From the NCBI GenBank assembly GCA_036677365.1, contig JAVBWN010000012.1:64001-128000 (forward strand): DNA of 64,000 nt. The letters are read 5' to 3'. This DNA is from Acholeplasma sp. Its GTDB lineage: Bacteria; Bacillota_I; Bacilli_A; Acholeplasmatales; UBA5453. Numbering within the stretch: the stretch's first letter is position 1; each line of letters begins with the position of its first letter. Below the pieces are notes generated by a model. That model made no database searches, was not told where the DNA came from, and worked only from the letters and a program-made list of their open reading frames with translations. Both the position numbers and the translations under genes were made by a program. Of this stretch, positions 19,565-30,279 are shown piece by piece.

Positions 19565-20384
19565 AAATGAAATAGATTATGGTATTTGGGATACACCAAA
19601 TGAAGAAGACATTCTTCAAATGGCTCATGTAATTACACAGTATACGAGATTTATCCATCCAGATATAGTCAAAATAATAGTAGAAGATAATGAAAAAATG
19701 TTTCCAATCTGGAAACCAATGTTAGAAAATTTTGGTGTTATAACTGATACATACATGTGGGATAAAGGGACATGTTTATTTCCAGGAATTAGAAGGCACG
19801 AAGGTGCTAGTGAGATTGCTAATAAAAGAACAAAATCTTTGGATCTCGATAATGAAAATGCGATATACCTCGATGATAATGATTATCCTAAACATCTATG
19901 GTCTTTTATTTTGTTTGGAAAGCAATTTAGTAAAAAAGGACCTATTGGTTATCAATTGGCACATATTTTAGACCACAAGAAGAATAATAATAGACTTGGT
20001 AGTGAACTTGGACTAGATTCTGATATCATTCTACCCGGTTTATTCACTGCTCCGACAAATACCTGTTATGTTCCAATTGAACTTATGAAGCCAACGGATG
20101 GCAATGAGAAATTAAGAAATCTGCTTTTTCTTAAAGCCAAAGACTTGTATAGAGATGTAAATATCTTGCCTAATCAATACATATCGCGAATTAATAATGA
20201 TTCTCCAAAATGGGACATAAAAAATTTCAAGTGGGCTGAGCCAGTTGGGAATATAAATCATGTCGAAGCTTTTTTAGCATATCGTAGGAAGAAAATGGGA
20301 GATTTGTTTAAAAAAAAGTTTGAGTTACAATCAATTGATTCAAATATCAATAACGGTTTAATAATGGAAAAAGACAGTATATAA
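19557..20384 (+). CDS. Hypothetical protein, putative HNH-like endonuclease
   Basis: GGAGG RBS; overlaps the DUF2779 stop; GYQLAHILDHK...LFTAPTNTCYVP resembles a beta-beta-alpha-metal motif. Confidence 0.5.
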   Translation: MHKNEIDYGIWDTPNEEDILQMAHVITQYTRFIHPDIVKIIVEDNEKMFPIWKPMLENFGVITDTYMWDKGTCLFPGIRRHEGASEIANKRTKSLDLDNENAIYLDDNDYPKHLWSFILFGKQFSKKGPIGYQLAHILDHKKNNNRLGSELGLDSDIILPGLFTAPTNTCYVPIELMKPTDGNEKLRNLLFLKAKDLYRDVNILPNQYISRINNDSPKWDIKNFKWAEPVGNINHVEAFLAYRRKKMGDLFKKKFELQSIDSNINNGLIMEKDSI

Positions 20385-20642
20385 AAGTTTTATTACCCAC
20401 GTTTTTACAACTATCTCTTGCGCTATATGTAGTATCAATTAATGTGTTGAAAAATTTATTTGAATCTACGAAATCAATGAATAAGTAACTCAAATATAAT
20501 CGACAATCGCTATAATTTAGCTACTCACATAATAAGTACAAAAATGAAACAATAATGAAATGTATCTTAAGGTAAAATAATTAATGAATCAAACCATAAA
20601 TTGATATCAAAAATTTATTTTAAATACTGAAAGAGGGCACAT

Positions 20643-23138
20643 ATGGATGCAAAAAGCAGTAGAAAACAGGTTTTAGATCAAGTTAGAAAAAATGGTTCAG
20701 ACATTAGATTAGCAAATCCAATATTTAAAAATGACAAAGAAATCGTGTTAGCTGCTATAAAGCAGTATCCTAATGCATTCTATCATGTGCATAAAGACAT
20801 GAAAGATGATTTTGAGGTTGTAATGAGTGCTGTGAGTGAAAGTGGTAGCATGTTAATGTATGTTTCAGAAAGATTAAGATCAAATATCACCGTTGTTGAA
20901 GCCGCACTGAACAATTTTGGAAGAGCTTTAGAATATGTTTTAGAACCACTAAAATCTAATAAAGAAATTGTCACACTTGCGTTAAAAAAATCTGGTTTAG
21001 CGATTGAATTTGCATCAAACGAATTTAAAAATGATCAAGATTTAGTAACGATTGCACTTGAGAACAACGGATGTGCAATAAAGTTTTTAGATCAAAGTTT
21101 TAAGAAAAATAGAGAATATGTCATTAAGGCAGTCAAGAGTAATGGTCTTGCGTTAGAATTTGTTGATGAGACATTTAAAGATGACGAAGAAATTGTCATG
21201 GCAGCCATCAATAAATCTGGTCATGCGATAAAGTTTTCAAGTGATAGATTTAGAAGAAACCTTGAATTGATAAAAAAAGTATTGGAAAAGGGTACTGAAT
21301 ATCTAGGATCAATCGATGAAGATATGATACTCACAAAACCAGTTCTATTAATGAAAAATGGTGTAACTGATGACACTTATAATTATCTTTCTGATGAATT
21401 GAAAAATGATTCAGAGGTTATAAAAAACCTGGTAAGATATAGGGATTATGCATTTCATTCAATACCAGATAAATTCAAAAAAAATATAGATTTCATTTCT
21501 GAGCTTATAGTTAAAGTTAATGAAAGGGTCATCGAACAAATAGATGATAAAATACTTTACAATAAAAGCCTATTGGCAGTTTTGATTGAGAGCAAATTTG
21601 AAAGATTCAGCTATTATATTGAATACAACAAACTACCTATAATATTTAAGAAAGACCCATACATACTATCCTTGGATTATGCTTCAAAACGGTCAAGAGA
21701 TGTATGGCAAATATTTAAAGATGACGATGAATTAATAAGAAAATACATAGATCATTCGAATTATGCTAGCCTATTTAGAAATAATGCGGGGTATATATTT
21801 GAAAAGTATTCTAATGATTATTCAGTGATGTTAGCTATGGTTGGATTACTAGATGAGTATACTAATTCACATTTGAAAAAGATCGGTAATGAGCTATTGA
21901 ATAATATAGATTTTATCTCTAAAGCTGTATCAAAGAATCCATATATTTTAAACTATACAAAGTATTCGTCTGACGCTCATTTTATGATTAATTTGATTAA
22001 ATTTGATCAACAGATGTTCAATTATGCACATGAAATATTGCTTGATAATGAAGAATTTGTATCACAATGCTTACCGTTTATTGAAGATAAAGGATTACTA
22101 TCTCTTATATCTCCGAGACTCAAACAAATACGGGATTTCATTTTACCACTCGTTAGTGTTCGTGGGTATGAGTTAAGATTTGCAGGAAGTCTATTGCAAG
22201 ATGACTATGATATTGTTTTGGCAGCAATCAAATCATCTTCAAATGCAATAGAGTACGCCAGTGAAAGACATCGAAATAATAGAGATTTAGTCATTGAATC
22301 GATAAAAAGATTTCCAAGCTATACTCGAGTTGATTTGTCTAAGTTCAGTGCTGATAAGTCACTGTTTAAGGAGATATTGTCTTTTAATGGGGAATTCATT
22401 CAGCATGCTTCAGAAGAACTTAGAAATGATTTAGAACTTGCTCAAATTGCAATAGAATCTAATGTCAAATCTTTCATATATTTTGGTCAATCATTAAAAA
22501 GTAACTACGATTTTGTATTAACGAATATTCAAAGAAACGCAGCAATCATTGCACAAATGGATGATGAAATAAAAAACAATTTGAATATGCTTAGTCATAT
22601 TATAGCGAAAAATATAAACGCCATTGACTGGATAGAATCAGAGTATATAACTGATGAGTTGTTGGATAAAGTGACTAACTTAATGATACTTGATGATAAG
22701 TCAGACTCTATTTTTAATGAGTCTCCTTCAAAATTGAGCATACATGAAACATGTAGAATACACTCGATCAAACATAAATTCGAACAGTTTCTAGTTATTA
22801 AAATGAAATTAAGCGAAAATCCCGCTGATGAGGCAGAAATTATGTTGGAAGAATCTGATTATGATTATGAGAAGGATGTAATTTCATATGATGTATTATC
22901 TAATAATATTCCAATTTCAAAAGAATATTTTGTTGTAACTTTGTATGGTTCTACAACCAAAAAAATGATTCCATCCATAGTTACCGTGAAGAATCATAAA
23001 GTTATTGGAAATGACATATATCTATTGATTGAAAATAACAGTAAGTCATACTCTTTTTATAATGAATACATGACAAGATTGCTGGATTTGTATCAATACA
23101 AACTAGAAAAGTATTTCAAAATTAAAAGAAATAAATAG
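20643..23138 (+). CDS. DUF4116 helical-repeat protein
   Basis: Many ~25-aa repeats of type DKEIVLAAIKQ...ALEFAS.ELKND. Confidence 0.8.
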   Translation: MDAKSSRKQVLDQVRKNGSDIRLANPIFKNDKEIVLAAIKQYPNAFYHVHKDMKDDFEVVMSAVSESGSMLMYVSERLRSNITVVEAALNNFGRALEYVLEPLKSNKEIVTLALKKSGLAIEFASNEFKNDQDLVTIALENNGCAIKFLDQSFKKNREYVIKAVKSNGLALEFVDETFKDDEEIVMAAINKSGHAIKFSSDRFRRNLELIKKVLEKGTEYLGSIDEDMILTKPVLLMKNGVTDDTYNYLSDELKNDSEVIKNLVRYRDYAFHSIPDKFKKNIDFISELIVKVNERVIEQIDDKILYNKSLLAVLIESKFERFSYYIEYNKLPIIFKKDPYILSLDYASKRSRDVWQIFKDDDELIRKYIDHSNYASLFRNNAGYIFEKYSNDYSVMLAMVGLLDEYTNSHLKKIGNELLNNIDFISKAVSKNPYILNYTKYSSDAHFMINLIKFDQQMFNYAHEILLDNEEFVSQCLPFIEDKGLLSLISPRLKQIRDFILPLVSVRGYELRFAGSLLQDDYDIVLAAIKSSSNAIEYASERHRNNRDLVIESIKRFPSYTRVDLSKFSADKSLFKEILSFNGEFIQHASEELRNDLELAQIAIESNVKSFIYFGQSLKSNYDFVLTNIQRNAAIIAQMDDEIKNNLNMLSHIIAKNINAIDWIESEYITDELLDKVTNLMILDDKSDSIFNESPSKLSIHETCRIHSIKHKFEQFLVIKMKLSENPADEAEIMLEESDYDYEKDVISYDVLSNNIPISKEYFVVTLYGSTTKKMIPSIVTVKNHKVIGNDIYLLIENNSKSYSFYNEYMTRLLDLYQYKLEKYFKIKRNK

Positions 23139-23257
23139 AAAAAGAATATCTACAAAATTATCTTTTTTTATTATAGATTAATTAGCATTTTGTTGACTGT
23201 TCTATACTAAGACCATTTAGTCATGATACAATCATATTAGATTTGAAAGGATTATTC

Positions 23258-24304
23258 ATGGAGATAGATAATACAAGTAAACTTCATAATAGTGAAGTAG
23301 AAGAAATAAATGTTTCTAGAGAATACCTAAGGATAAATACTGAATATTTATTTAATAGACTATTTACACAAATTTCATACTACAAAAAATTCGATTATAG
23401 AATTGGAAGTCTTAAAGACCAAATAAAAAAATATGAAATATCCGTTGGATTAATCATTACGTTAATGGTATTTATTCTTTTTATAGGAGTGTTTTGGTGG
23501 ATAAAAGTATTGTTACTTTTGTTACCATTTTTCTACGTTATTAAACTTTTTATTAGTATTCACAAAATAAATACTATAGTTAACAAACTAACAACTTCTA
23601 TGAATCATAAAAAAATGAAATTAGTTTTTGAAAAATCCATTTTTGTCACATATATGAAGAATCAAAGTAATCATTCTTATGATTCTCTATATAATATCTC
23701 ATCTAATCATGGATATTTAATAAGAGATAACCATAATCAAATAATTCTGTTTCCGAATTTTGCTCTTGTTATAGATGATAAAAAAATGGATATGTATTAT
23801 GGGGATGCCTTAATAAGCATGACAGCACATCAGTCTCAAGTTTTATCCGATATTTTATCACGAAAACATAAGTTTAGAACCTTATCTTATCAAAAATGGC
23901 AATATCAGCGAAAAGATGGTGGACCTGATCGAAGATATTCAAATAATCAACTGTACAATTTTTACGAATGTAACTATTTAAAAGTGTTTGATTTTTCATT
24001 TGATATTCCAAATGTCAATACATACAACCAGCTACTTAAAGAATGGAAGTTATCTCTTTCATCAGCAGACAATTACAATATCAATAGTAGTCAAAAGAAG
24101 TCCATGAATTTTGACACAATAGCTAACTTATCTAAAGAAGCAATTATTAGATATTTAGTAGACAAAAAAATCATTCATAATGATTATGGCGATATGATTG
24201 AGATTGAGTATAATCGAGACACATATATGATAGACAACAAAGGATTTATTAAAGACTCAAAACTAAATATCATCGATTTATTGGAGGGTTTACTAAATGA
24301 TTGA
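23258..24304 (+). CDS. Membrane protein with a WxYxxKDGGPDRRY motif
   Basis: Two hydrophobic helices; WQYQRKDGGPDRRYSNN motif; overlaps the downstream helicase start. Confidence 0.6.
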   Translation: MEIDNTSKLHNSEVEEINVSREYLRINTEYLFNRLFTQISYYKKFDYRIGSLKDQIKKYEISVGLIITLMVFILFIGVFWWIKVLLLLLPFFYVIKLFISIHKINTIVNKLTTSMNHKKMKLVFEKSIFVTYMKNQSNHSYDSLYNISSNHGYLIRDNHNQIILFPNFALVIDDKKMDMYYGDALISMTAHQSQVLSDILSRKHKFRTLSYQKWQYQRKDGGPDRRYSNNQLYNFYECNYLKVFDFSFDIPNVNTYNQLLKEWKLSLSSADNYNINSSQKKSMNFDTIANLSKEAIIRYLVDKKIIHNDYGDMIEIEYNRDTYMIDNKGFIKDSKLNIIDLLEGLLND

Positions 24305-27300
24305 ATTGAATAGTATATATAAGAGTTATAAGCAAAGACTTGTTAGTATTGACTCTAGAAATAGTTCCTTTTTTCTATCTAAACTATTACCAAAAAGACA
24401 TATAGACTTAACAAAACTTGCCACGAACCTTAACCATTTTGACGATTTGGAAAATGGATTGATTGAGTCCAAATCCATAACATTGTCGAAGTTAGAGATT
24501 GACAAAGATGAATTATTGGAAATATTCACTAATTATGAAGAAGATTACAGGGAAACGGTAAGAGAGATAATACCGACTTTCAAAGATTCTGATTTTGAAT
24601 ATTATGAAAAACTTTTAGATAAAAGGGAAAGTGACATAAAAATTGAACTATTCATAAAACAGCTTTTGAGCAATTATGAATCGGACTCTTTAAAACTAAT
24701 ACAACAATTTTCAAGACTCGATAAACAAGCAAAAGCCATAGAACGTGACATTGGGAAAAATGATTTGTATTTAGGGTTTCCCTTCATAGAAGGAAAATTT
24801 CAAAATGGTAAGAACTTTAGAGGTCCTCTTATTTTACAGCGTGTTAGCCTAACCGATTACAGTGACTCGGTAAAAATCGATATTCAATCCGAAGGTAAGA
24901 TTATTAATCCTGTTTTTTTATTGTCATATTTAAATGAGAATGGGAAGGAATACAGAAGATTTGAATTTGAAATTCCTGATCAATCAGAGGATTATATTGA
25001 GTACACAATGGATTTTTTGAACAAGAACAATATCAATATTAGAAAAGTTCAAAAACGTTTTGAAGTGATTGAAAGTCTTACAAAGTCAGAATACGAAAAA
25101 AAATACTTTAATGATATCAACAAGTTTGATATTAAATTCTATGCCGTTTTAGGATTGTTCCCTATTTCGAGTAGAAGTATATATGATGATTTAGATTATC
25201 TCGATAAAAACCCCAAAAAATCATCTGAAACACTTGAGAATTTTTTTAACGGTTATAAAAATTTCGATGATGAATTTGATGATAAGACACCTAAAGAGTC
25301 GATGATTAAGTATATCTCACCTTTAGATTGGAGCCAGAGAATTGTCGTAAAAAATGCATTAGAAAAAGATTTAGTTATTGAAGGGCCCCCTGGCACAGGC
25401 AAATCACAGACTATTGTAAATATAATTGTAAATCTGCTTTTGCAAAATAAGAAGGTTCTCGTTGTATCAGAAAAGTTAGCTGCGATTGAAGTTGTCTATA
25501 ATAGATTAGGAAAATTGCGTGAGAATACTTTGATTATAAAGGACTATATTCGCAATAAAGAAGATTTCTTCAAACAAATTATTGACACTAAATCAACACT
25601 GAATAATTATGACGAAACATATTCCTATAATCATTACTCAGATACCGTAATTGATGAATACTTAGGAGTACTAAAAAAGATTAATAAAAAGGAATACTAT
25701 CAAGGTAAAAGCATTAATGAACTGATTGAGTTCACTAAGAAACACAAAAATTATTCTTTGAGTATTGAACAAAATATTATCCTAAAAAAACTAATCAATT
25801 TTTATGTAAGTAAAAAAAAGTCAATTGATGACCAAGTATTAAGATTAACCTATTTAAGTTCTAGTGTTACATTAGACAAGTTAGAGTTCTTCTTAAGTAT
25901 GAAAAACACAGAAATATTCAAGACCTTAGGCTTCCAAGGTATTCAGTTTTTTTCTACTCAAACAGAAGCGAATCAGCGAAAGGAATTTATACAGTATAAC
26001 TACTATTTGAGCAAGACTAATAAACCGCTAATTGACAGATTTGATGATGTTTGTTTTAATGCTGGTTTAGAACCAAGGATTTTCACGTATACTGCACTAG
26101 AAACCTATGTGAACAATTTGTATGCAAAAATTAATCTACACAAAAAGTCTTTGTTAAAGATTACAGATCCACTTTATGCTGAACTGTCTTTCGATAAAAA
26201 GAAAGTAGATATTGCAATACAATATCCCAATATAAATAGAAATGAGTTAGCGTTAAGGATTAAAAGATTGAAAGAGCCGAATTACAATCAAACATTCATT
26301 CAGAAGCTATTTAGAAAACCAATCGAACTCTCAAATGAAGAAGAAAATTTTAAGGAATACCTTGAAAATTACGGCGATGTAATTGATCGTTTGGCTTTAA
26401 AAGAAATACATGGGGACATGTTAAAAGTAGATATTGTTATTGCTAATGAGTATTTAAATAGAAATTATAATTCTGTCTCAAGTTTGTTCGGAATGCTTCT
26501 AAATTCAGATTTGGTTCAGTTTAAAGATGGAAGTTTTGATCGAGTTTTTGATTTGTACAAATCTTCTTTAACGTCCATAAATATTTCAGTATATAATGAA
26601 ATGAGTTCTTTGATTGAAGAAGAAATTTTATACATAGAAAAGTGTAATAATCTCCCAGTAAATGATGATGATTTTAAGCAATTTATTCAATATTTAAACA
26701 TTGATCACCATACACTAAATGAGTTGATTATGATTGAAAGCTATTTGCAAGCTTTCGATTCAAACTATAAAAATGTCACGAATAGTTTAAATGATAAATA
26801 TAATGACTCCCTGAACATGGTTTATAATCACATGAAGAAAAGTCTAAATCAAGTTTTTAGATATAACAACGATCTTTATCGTGAATATAACGCATTGATT
26901 GGTCAAGCAGAACTTAAGAGACGCAAATCGATTAAGACAATATTTGATAGATATGGTAAACCGATATTATCTATATTTCCAGTAATATTGATGACACCTG
27001 AGGTAGTTTCCACTGCTTTCCCAATGCAAGAGGGACTTTTTGATTATGTAATTTTCGATGAAGCTTCTCAAATGTTTATTGAAAGAGCTGTCCCAGCAAT
27101 TCATAGAGCCAAAAGAGTGATTATCGCAGGTGATTCTAAGCAATTAAAGCCTTCGTCCACATTTCAAGCTAGATTAGCGGAATCTGAAGAACTAGACGAT
27201 GATGAGAATGTAACTAATCTTGAATTAGAAGCATTGGACAAAGAAAGCTTGCTAGAAATGGCAAAAGAAAAATATACAAGCAAAATGATTCAATTTCATT

Positions 27301-28337
27301 ATCGATCAGAACATGAAGAGTTAATCGAATTCTCAAGTGCAGCTTTCTATGAAGGAAAACTCTTTTTCGCTTCCAAAATAAATGGTGGAAAGTGGAAAAA
27401 ACCGATTGAGATAGTTAAGGTCAGCGATGGGCTTTGGACTTCTGAAAACACTAACCCTGTTGAAGCAGAATCTGTTGTAAAAATCGTGTCGCAATTACTT
27501 AATAAACGAAAGTTCAATGAAACGATAGGTATAATCACATTTAATATTAAACAAAAAGAACTTATACAAGACATGCTTCTAGAATCGGATAATAGACTAA
27601 TTAATTTGGAACTTAATCGAGTAAATCCACAGACTGGCGACGATGAAGGTCTTTTTGTTAAGAATATAGAAAATGTTCAAGGGGATGAACGTGATATCAT
27701 CATATTTTCAATTGGGTATGCTAAGAATAAAGATGGTAGAGTTAGAGCTCAATTTGGGCTCCTCAATCAATCTGGTGGAGAAAATCGTCTTAATGTAGCA
27801 ATTACGCGTGCAAAGAAAAAAATCATTGTGGTAAAATCTATTGAATCAGATGAATTACAAGTAAATGAACATATTCCGGGACCAACAAGACTAAAACAGT
27901 ATTTGAAATTTGTCGAACTGGTGCATAGCCAAAAAAGTGAAGATAAAAAGATTTTACTAAACTCGATTTGTGATTCAAGTTCTATATTTCATGAAAAAAT
28001 TCAAACTTTTGATTCACCATTTGAATTGGAAGTATTTCAAGAAATATCTAGGATTAAACCATCGAATATTGAACTTAGAAACCAAGTCAACGTAGGTGGA
28101 TTTCTAATTGATATTGCACTATACGACAAAGATTTAAACAAATTCATTCTAGGCATAGAATGCGATGGTTATCAGTATCATTCCAAACCTGAAGATGTTG
28201 AAAGGGATTTCCATAGACAACAATATTTGGAAAGTAGAGGTTGGCAAATTCACAGAATCATCAGTACAAATTGGTTTAGAGATAAGTTATCTGAAGTAGA
28301 AGTTGTGAAAACTTTAATGGGTTCGACTGTATCCTAG
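24297..28337 (+). CDS. DUF4011-type SF1 (UPF1/DNA2-like) helicase with C-terminal Vsr/DUF559-like endonuclease
   Basis: N-terminal KQRLVSIDSRN...LYLGFPFIEG; GPPGTGKSQT, VSEK, FDEASQ, GDSKQL, HYRS, ENVQGDERD, RLNVAITRA; C-terminal DSPFE...IDIAL...GIECDG...YHS...RGWQIHRI. Confidence 0.85.
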   Translation: MIELNSIYKSYKQRLVSIDSRNSSFFLSKLLPKRHIDLTKLATNLNHFDDLENGLIESKSITLSKLEIDKDELLEIFTNYEEDYRETVREIIPTFKDSDFEYYEKLLDKRESDIKIELFIKQLLSNYESDSLKLIQQFSRLDKQAKAIERDIGKNDLYLGFPFIEGKFQNGKNFRGPLILQRVSLTDYSDSVKIDIQSEGKIINPVFLLSYLNENGKEYRRFEFEIPDQSEDYIEYTMDFLNKNNINIRKVQKRFEVIESLTKSEYEKKYFNDINKFDIKFYAVLGLFPISSRSIYDDLDYLDKNPKKSSETLENFFNGYKNFDDEFDDKTPKESMIKYISPLDWSQRIVVKNALEKDLVIEGPPGTGKSQTIVNIIVNLLLQNKKVLVVSEKLAAIEVVYNRLGKLRENTLIIKDYIRNKEDFFKQIIDTKSTLNNYDETYSYNHYSDTVIDEYLGVLKKINKKEYYQGKSINELIEFTKKHKNYSLSIEQNIILKKLINFYVSKKKSIDDQVLRLTYLSSSVTLDKLEFFLSMKNTEIFKTLGFQGIQFFSTQTEANQRKEFIQYNYYLSKTNKPLIDRFDDVCFNAGLEPRIFTYTALETYVNNLYAKINLHKKSLLKITDPLYAELSFDKKKVDIAIQYPNINRNELALRIKRLKEPNYNQTFIQKLFRKPIELSNEEENFKEYLENYGDVIDRLALKEIHGDMLKVDIVIANEYLNRNYNSVSSLFGMLLNSDLVQFKDGSFDRVFDLYKSSLTSINISVYNEMSSLIEEEILYIEKCNNLPVNDDDFKQFIQYLNIDHHTLNELIMIESYLQAFDSNYKNVTNSLNDKYNDSLNMVYNHMKKSLNQVFRYNNDLYREYNALIGQAELKRRKSIKTIFDRYGKPILSIFPVILMTPEVVSTAFPMQEGLFDYVIFDEASQMFIERAVPAIHRAKRVIIAGDSKQLKPSSTFQARLAESEELDDDENVTNLELEALDKESLLEMAKEKYTSKMIQFHYRSEHEELIEFSSAAFYEGKLFFASKINGGKWKKPIEIVKVSDGLWTSENTNPVEAESVVKIVSQLLNKRKFNETIGIITFNIKQKELIQDMLLESDNRLINLELNRVNPQTGDDEGLFVKNIENVQGDERDIIIFSIGYAKNKDGRVRAQFGLLNQSGGENRLNVAITRAKKKIIVVKSIESDELQVNEHIPGPTRLKQYLKFVELVHSQKSEDKKILLNSICDSSSIFHEKIQTFDSPFELEVFQEISRIKPSNIELRNQVNVGGFLIDIALYDKDLNKFILGIECDGYQYHSKPEDVERDFHRQQYLESRGWQIHRIISTNWFRDKLSEVEVVKTLMGSTVS

Positions 28338-28664
28338 TGGCCTAAGCGAAAAAGACTTACGAATGCTTTTCTTATGTACACATAATTGCTAATAGATAAA
28401 TAGAAAACCTAGGTTTGTTAATATGGTTGTTTTTCTATAGACGATATTTTATATGGAATTTTTAATAAATCTTTATAAGTAACATAATAAATCAAAAATA
28501 CATTTGAAAGAGAGTATTTTATGTGAGATGATTTTACCGTATTTTGATGTACTAAAAAATCGTTGTATAGATATCAAGTTAATGATAAAATTTAAGTAGT
28601 ATTCTATAATTTGAAATAGTCATCTGTAACAGTTTTATAAAATATTGGATGGGGAGGTATCGAT

Positions 28665-29570
28665 ATGTCATATGCTTTTTATTATATGTTAACACCGAGA
28701 TGCTTGCTTAACTGTGGGTATTGTTTCAGAGATACTAGTAAAGAATCCCTAGAAAGAGAACTTACACTCGAAGATAAGAAAAAAGTTTTGACCTCTTTAG
28801 TAGAGGTTTTTTATGCTAGAAAAATTACACTATCTGGTGGTGAACCCACCATTACTGGTGGTGTAGTACTTACTCAATTTCTAGATTTAATGAGTCACGT
28901 TAAAGAACTTAAATTGAATCACCCAACACTTAGAATCGAGTTGTTAACGAATGCTATTTTATTAGATAGAGATGTGCTCGAAAAATTGGTGGGCATTGTC
29001 GATAGAATCACAATAACATTGGACACAATTAATGAAGAAATCTTAGAGAAAATTGGCCGAAACACTGGAAAATATAACAACTATTTAAGTCGGTTTAAAC
29101 AAAGAATGATGGATATGAACGACTTAGGATTTGAAACAAAAATTCATTCAGTGATTACACCAGTTAATTACGATTATCTAGAAGAATTAGCACAATATAT
29201 CAAAGATAATAACCACTTATTCAAAATTAATCGTTGGAAGTTTTATCAGTATATGACATACGATGATCCAGTTAAAGATGCCATTTATCAAATAGATGAT
29301 AATAAGTTTGATATTATGTGCAAAAAAATCTCAAGTATCATAGATGGCACTGGCATTGATGTTACATTCAAGGATAATAAACTGATGTTAGATTCTATGC
29401 TGAATTTGACTCACTATGGATGCTTAGAACACGTGACCATATTGGATGGCATTAAAAGAAACTTTGTATCAAAGCCGATTTGGTTATATCCCAATCTAAT
29501 GGAATTATTAAATGATATTCATTTACCAATAGAAAAACTGAACCAGTATCATAGCTATCAAGATGAGTAA
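28665..29570 (+). CDS. Viperin-like radical SAM enzyme
   Basis: CLLNCGYC (CxxxCxxC), KITLSGGEP, LLTNA, KIHSVI, RWKFYQ and MLDSM parallel the viperin motifs KINFSGGEP, KINSVI, RWKVFQ and MKDSY. Confidence 0.75.
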   Translation: MSYAFYYMLTPRCLLNCGYCFRDTSKESLERELTLEDKKKVLTSLVEVFYARKITLSGGEPTITGGVVLTQFLDLMSHVKELKLNHPTLRIELLTNAILLDRDVLEKLVGIVDRITITLDTINEEILEKIGRNTGKYNNYLSRFKQRMMDMNDLGFETKIHSVITPVNYDYLEELAQYIKDNNHLFKINRWKFYQYMTYDDPVKDAIYQIDDNKFDIMCKKISSIIDGTGIDVTFKDNKLMLDSMLNLTHYGCLEHVTILDGIKRNFVSKPIWLYPNLMELLNDIHLPIEKLNQYHSYQDE

Positions 29571-30279
29571 ACAAGTCTTATTCACTATGGATATAGATTG
29601 GGTCAGCGAACCTGTGATGAAAATCACAATTGATTATATTAAACAATTAAACATACCTTTTCTTATTTTTCAAACTCACATTAGCGAAAGCCTAGTTAAA
29701 GAAACGTCACCATTGATTACATTTGAACTTCATCCAAATTTTTGTGATGGTAGTGATCATGGTAAAACAACTAAAGACGTTATCGAAACCATTTGTAAAT
29801 TTCCTCATAAAGGTCAATCGATTCGCGCACATAAATACTTTATGCCTGATGATGCAATCAAACACATTGATCAGTTTGATTTCAAATATACATTGAATAA
29901 CTTTACAAATTTGAATTATCAAAAACCTGTGAAGATTACTGATAAACTAACAGAGATTCATACATTTTTTGAAGATGGCATTTACTTGAAAAATAAACAA
30001 CCATTAGATGTTGATTTTGTCATTTCAAAAATGAAATCAGATGGATTATATGTGTTCAATATTCACCCGATTCATATCGCTTTTAATGAAAAGGATTATC
30101 AATTAACGCGAAACTTTAAAGACTCGATGACTAAAGATGAGTATCGGTCTATAAGTGCTGAGTTTATTAATAAAAATAAATACAATGGGTATGGAATTGC
30201 TTCGTTTATTAAAGATCTTGTAAAAGAGCTTAAACAAATGGGATATGATTTCATACATATAGGAGAAGTAATCATATGA
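29563..30279 (+). CDS. Polysaccharide deacetylase-like (CE4/WbmS-like) protein
   Basis: FTMDIDW, ELHPNF, RAH, FFEDG and FNIHPIH motifs. Confidence 0.7.
   Translation: MSKQVLFTMDIDWVSEPVMKITIDYIKQLNIPFLIFQTHISESLVKETSPLITFELHPNFCDGSDHGKTTKDVIETICKFPHKGQSIRAHKYFMPDDAIKHIDQFDFKYTLNNFTNLNYQKPVKITDKLTEIHTFFEDGIYLKNKQPLDVDFVISKMKSDGLYVFNIHPIHIAFNEKDYQLTRNFKDSMTKDEYRSISAEFINKNKYNGYGIASFIKDLVKELKQMGYDFIHIGEVII

Noticed and set aside
20643..22600. DNA-level tandem repeat or DGR-like template/variable repeats in DUF4116 and LRR genes
   Set aside because: The repeats are degenerate at protein level only, and no reverse transcriptase is present in the window.
28665..29570. Canonical prokaryotic viperin (ddhNTP synthase) call
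   Set aside because: The N-terminal NxH and late Tyr positions differ and the context is sugar enzymes, so it is reported only as viperin-like.
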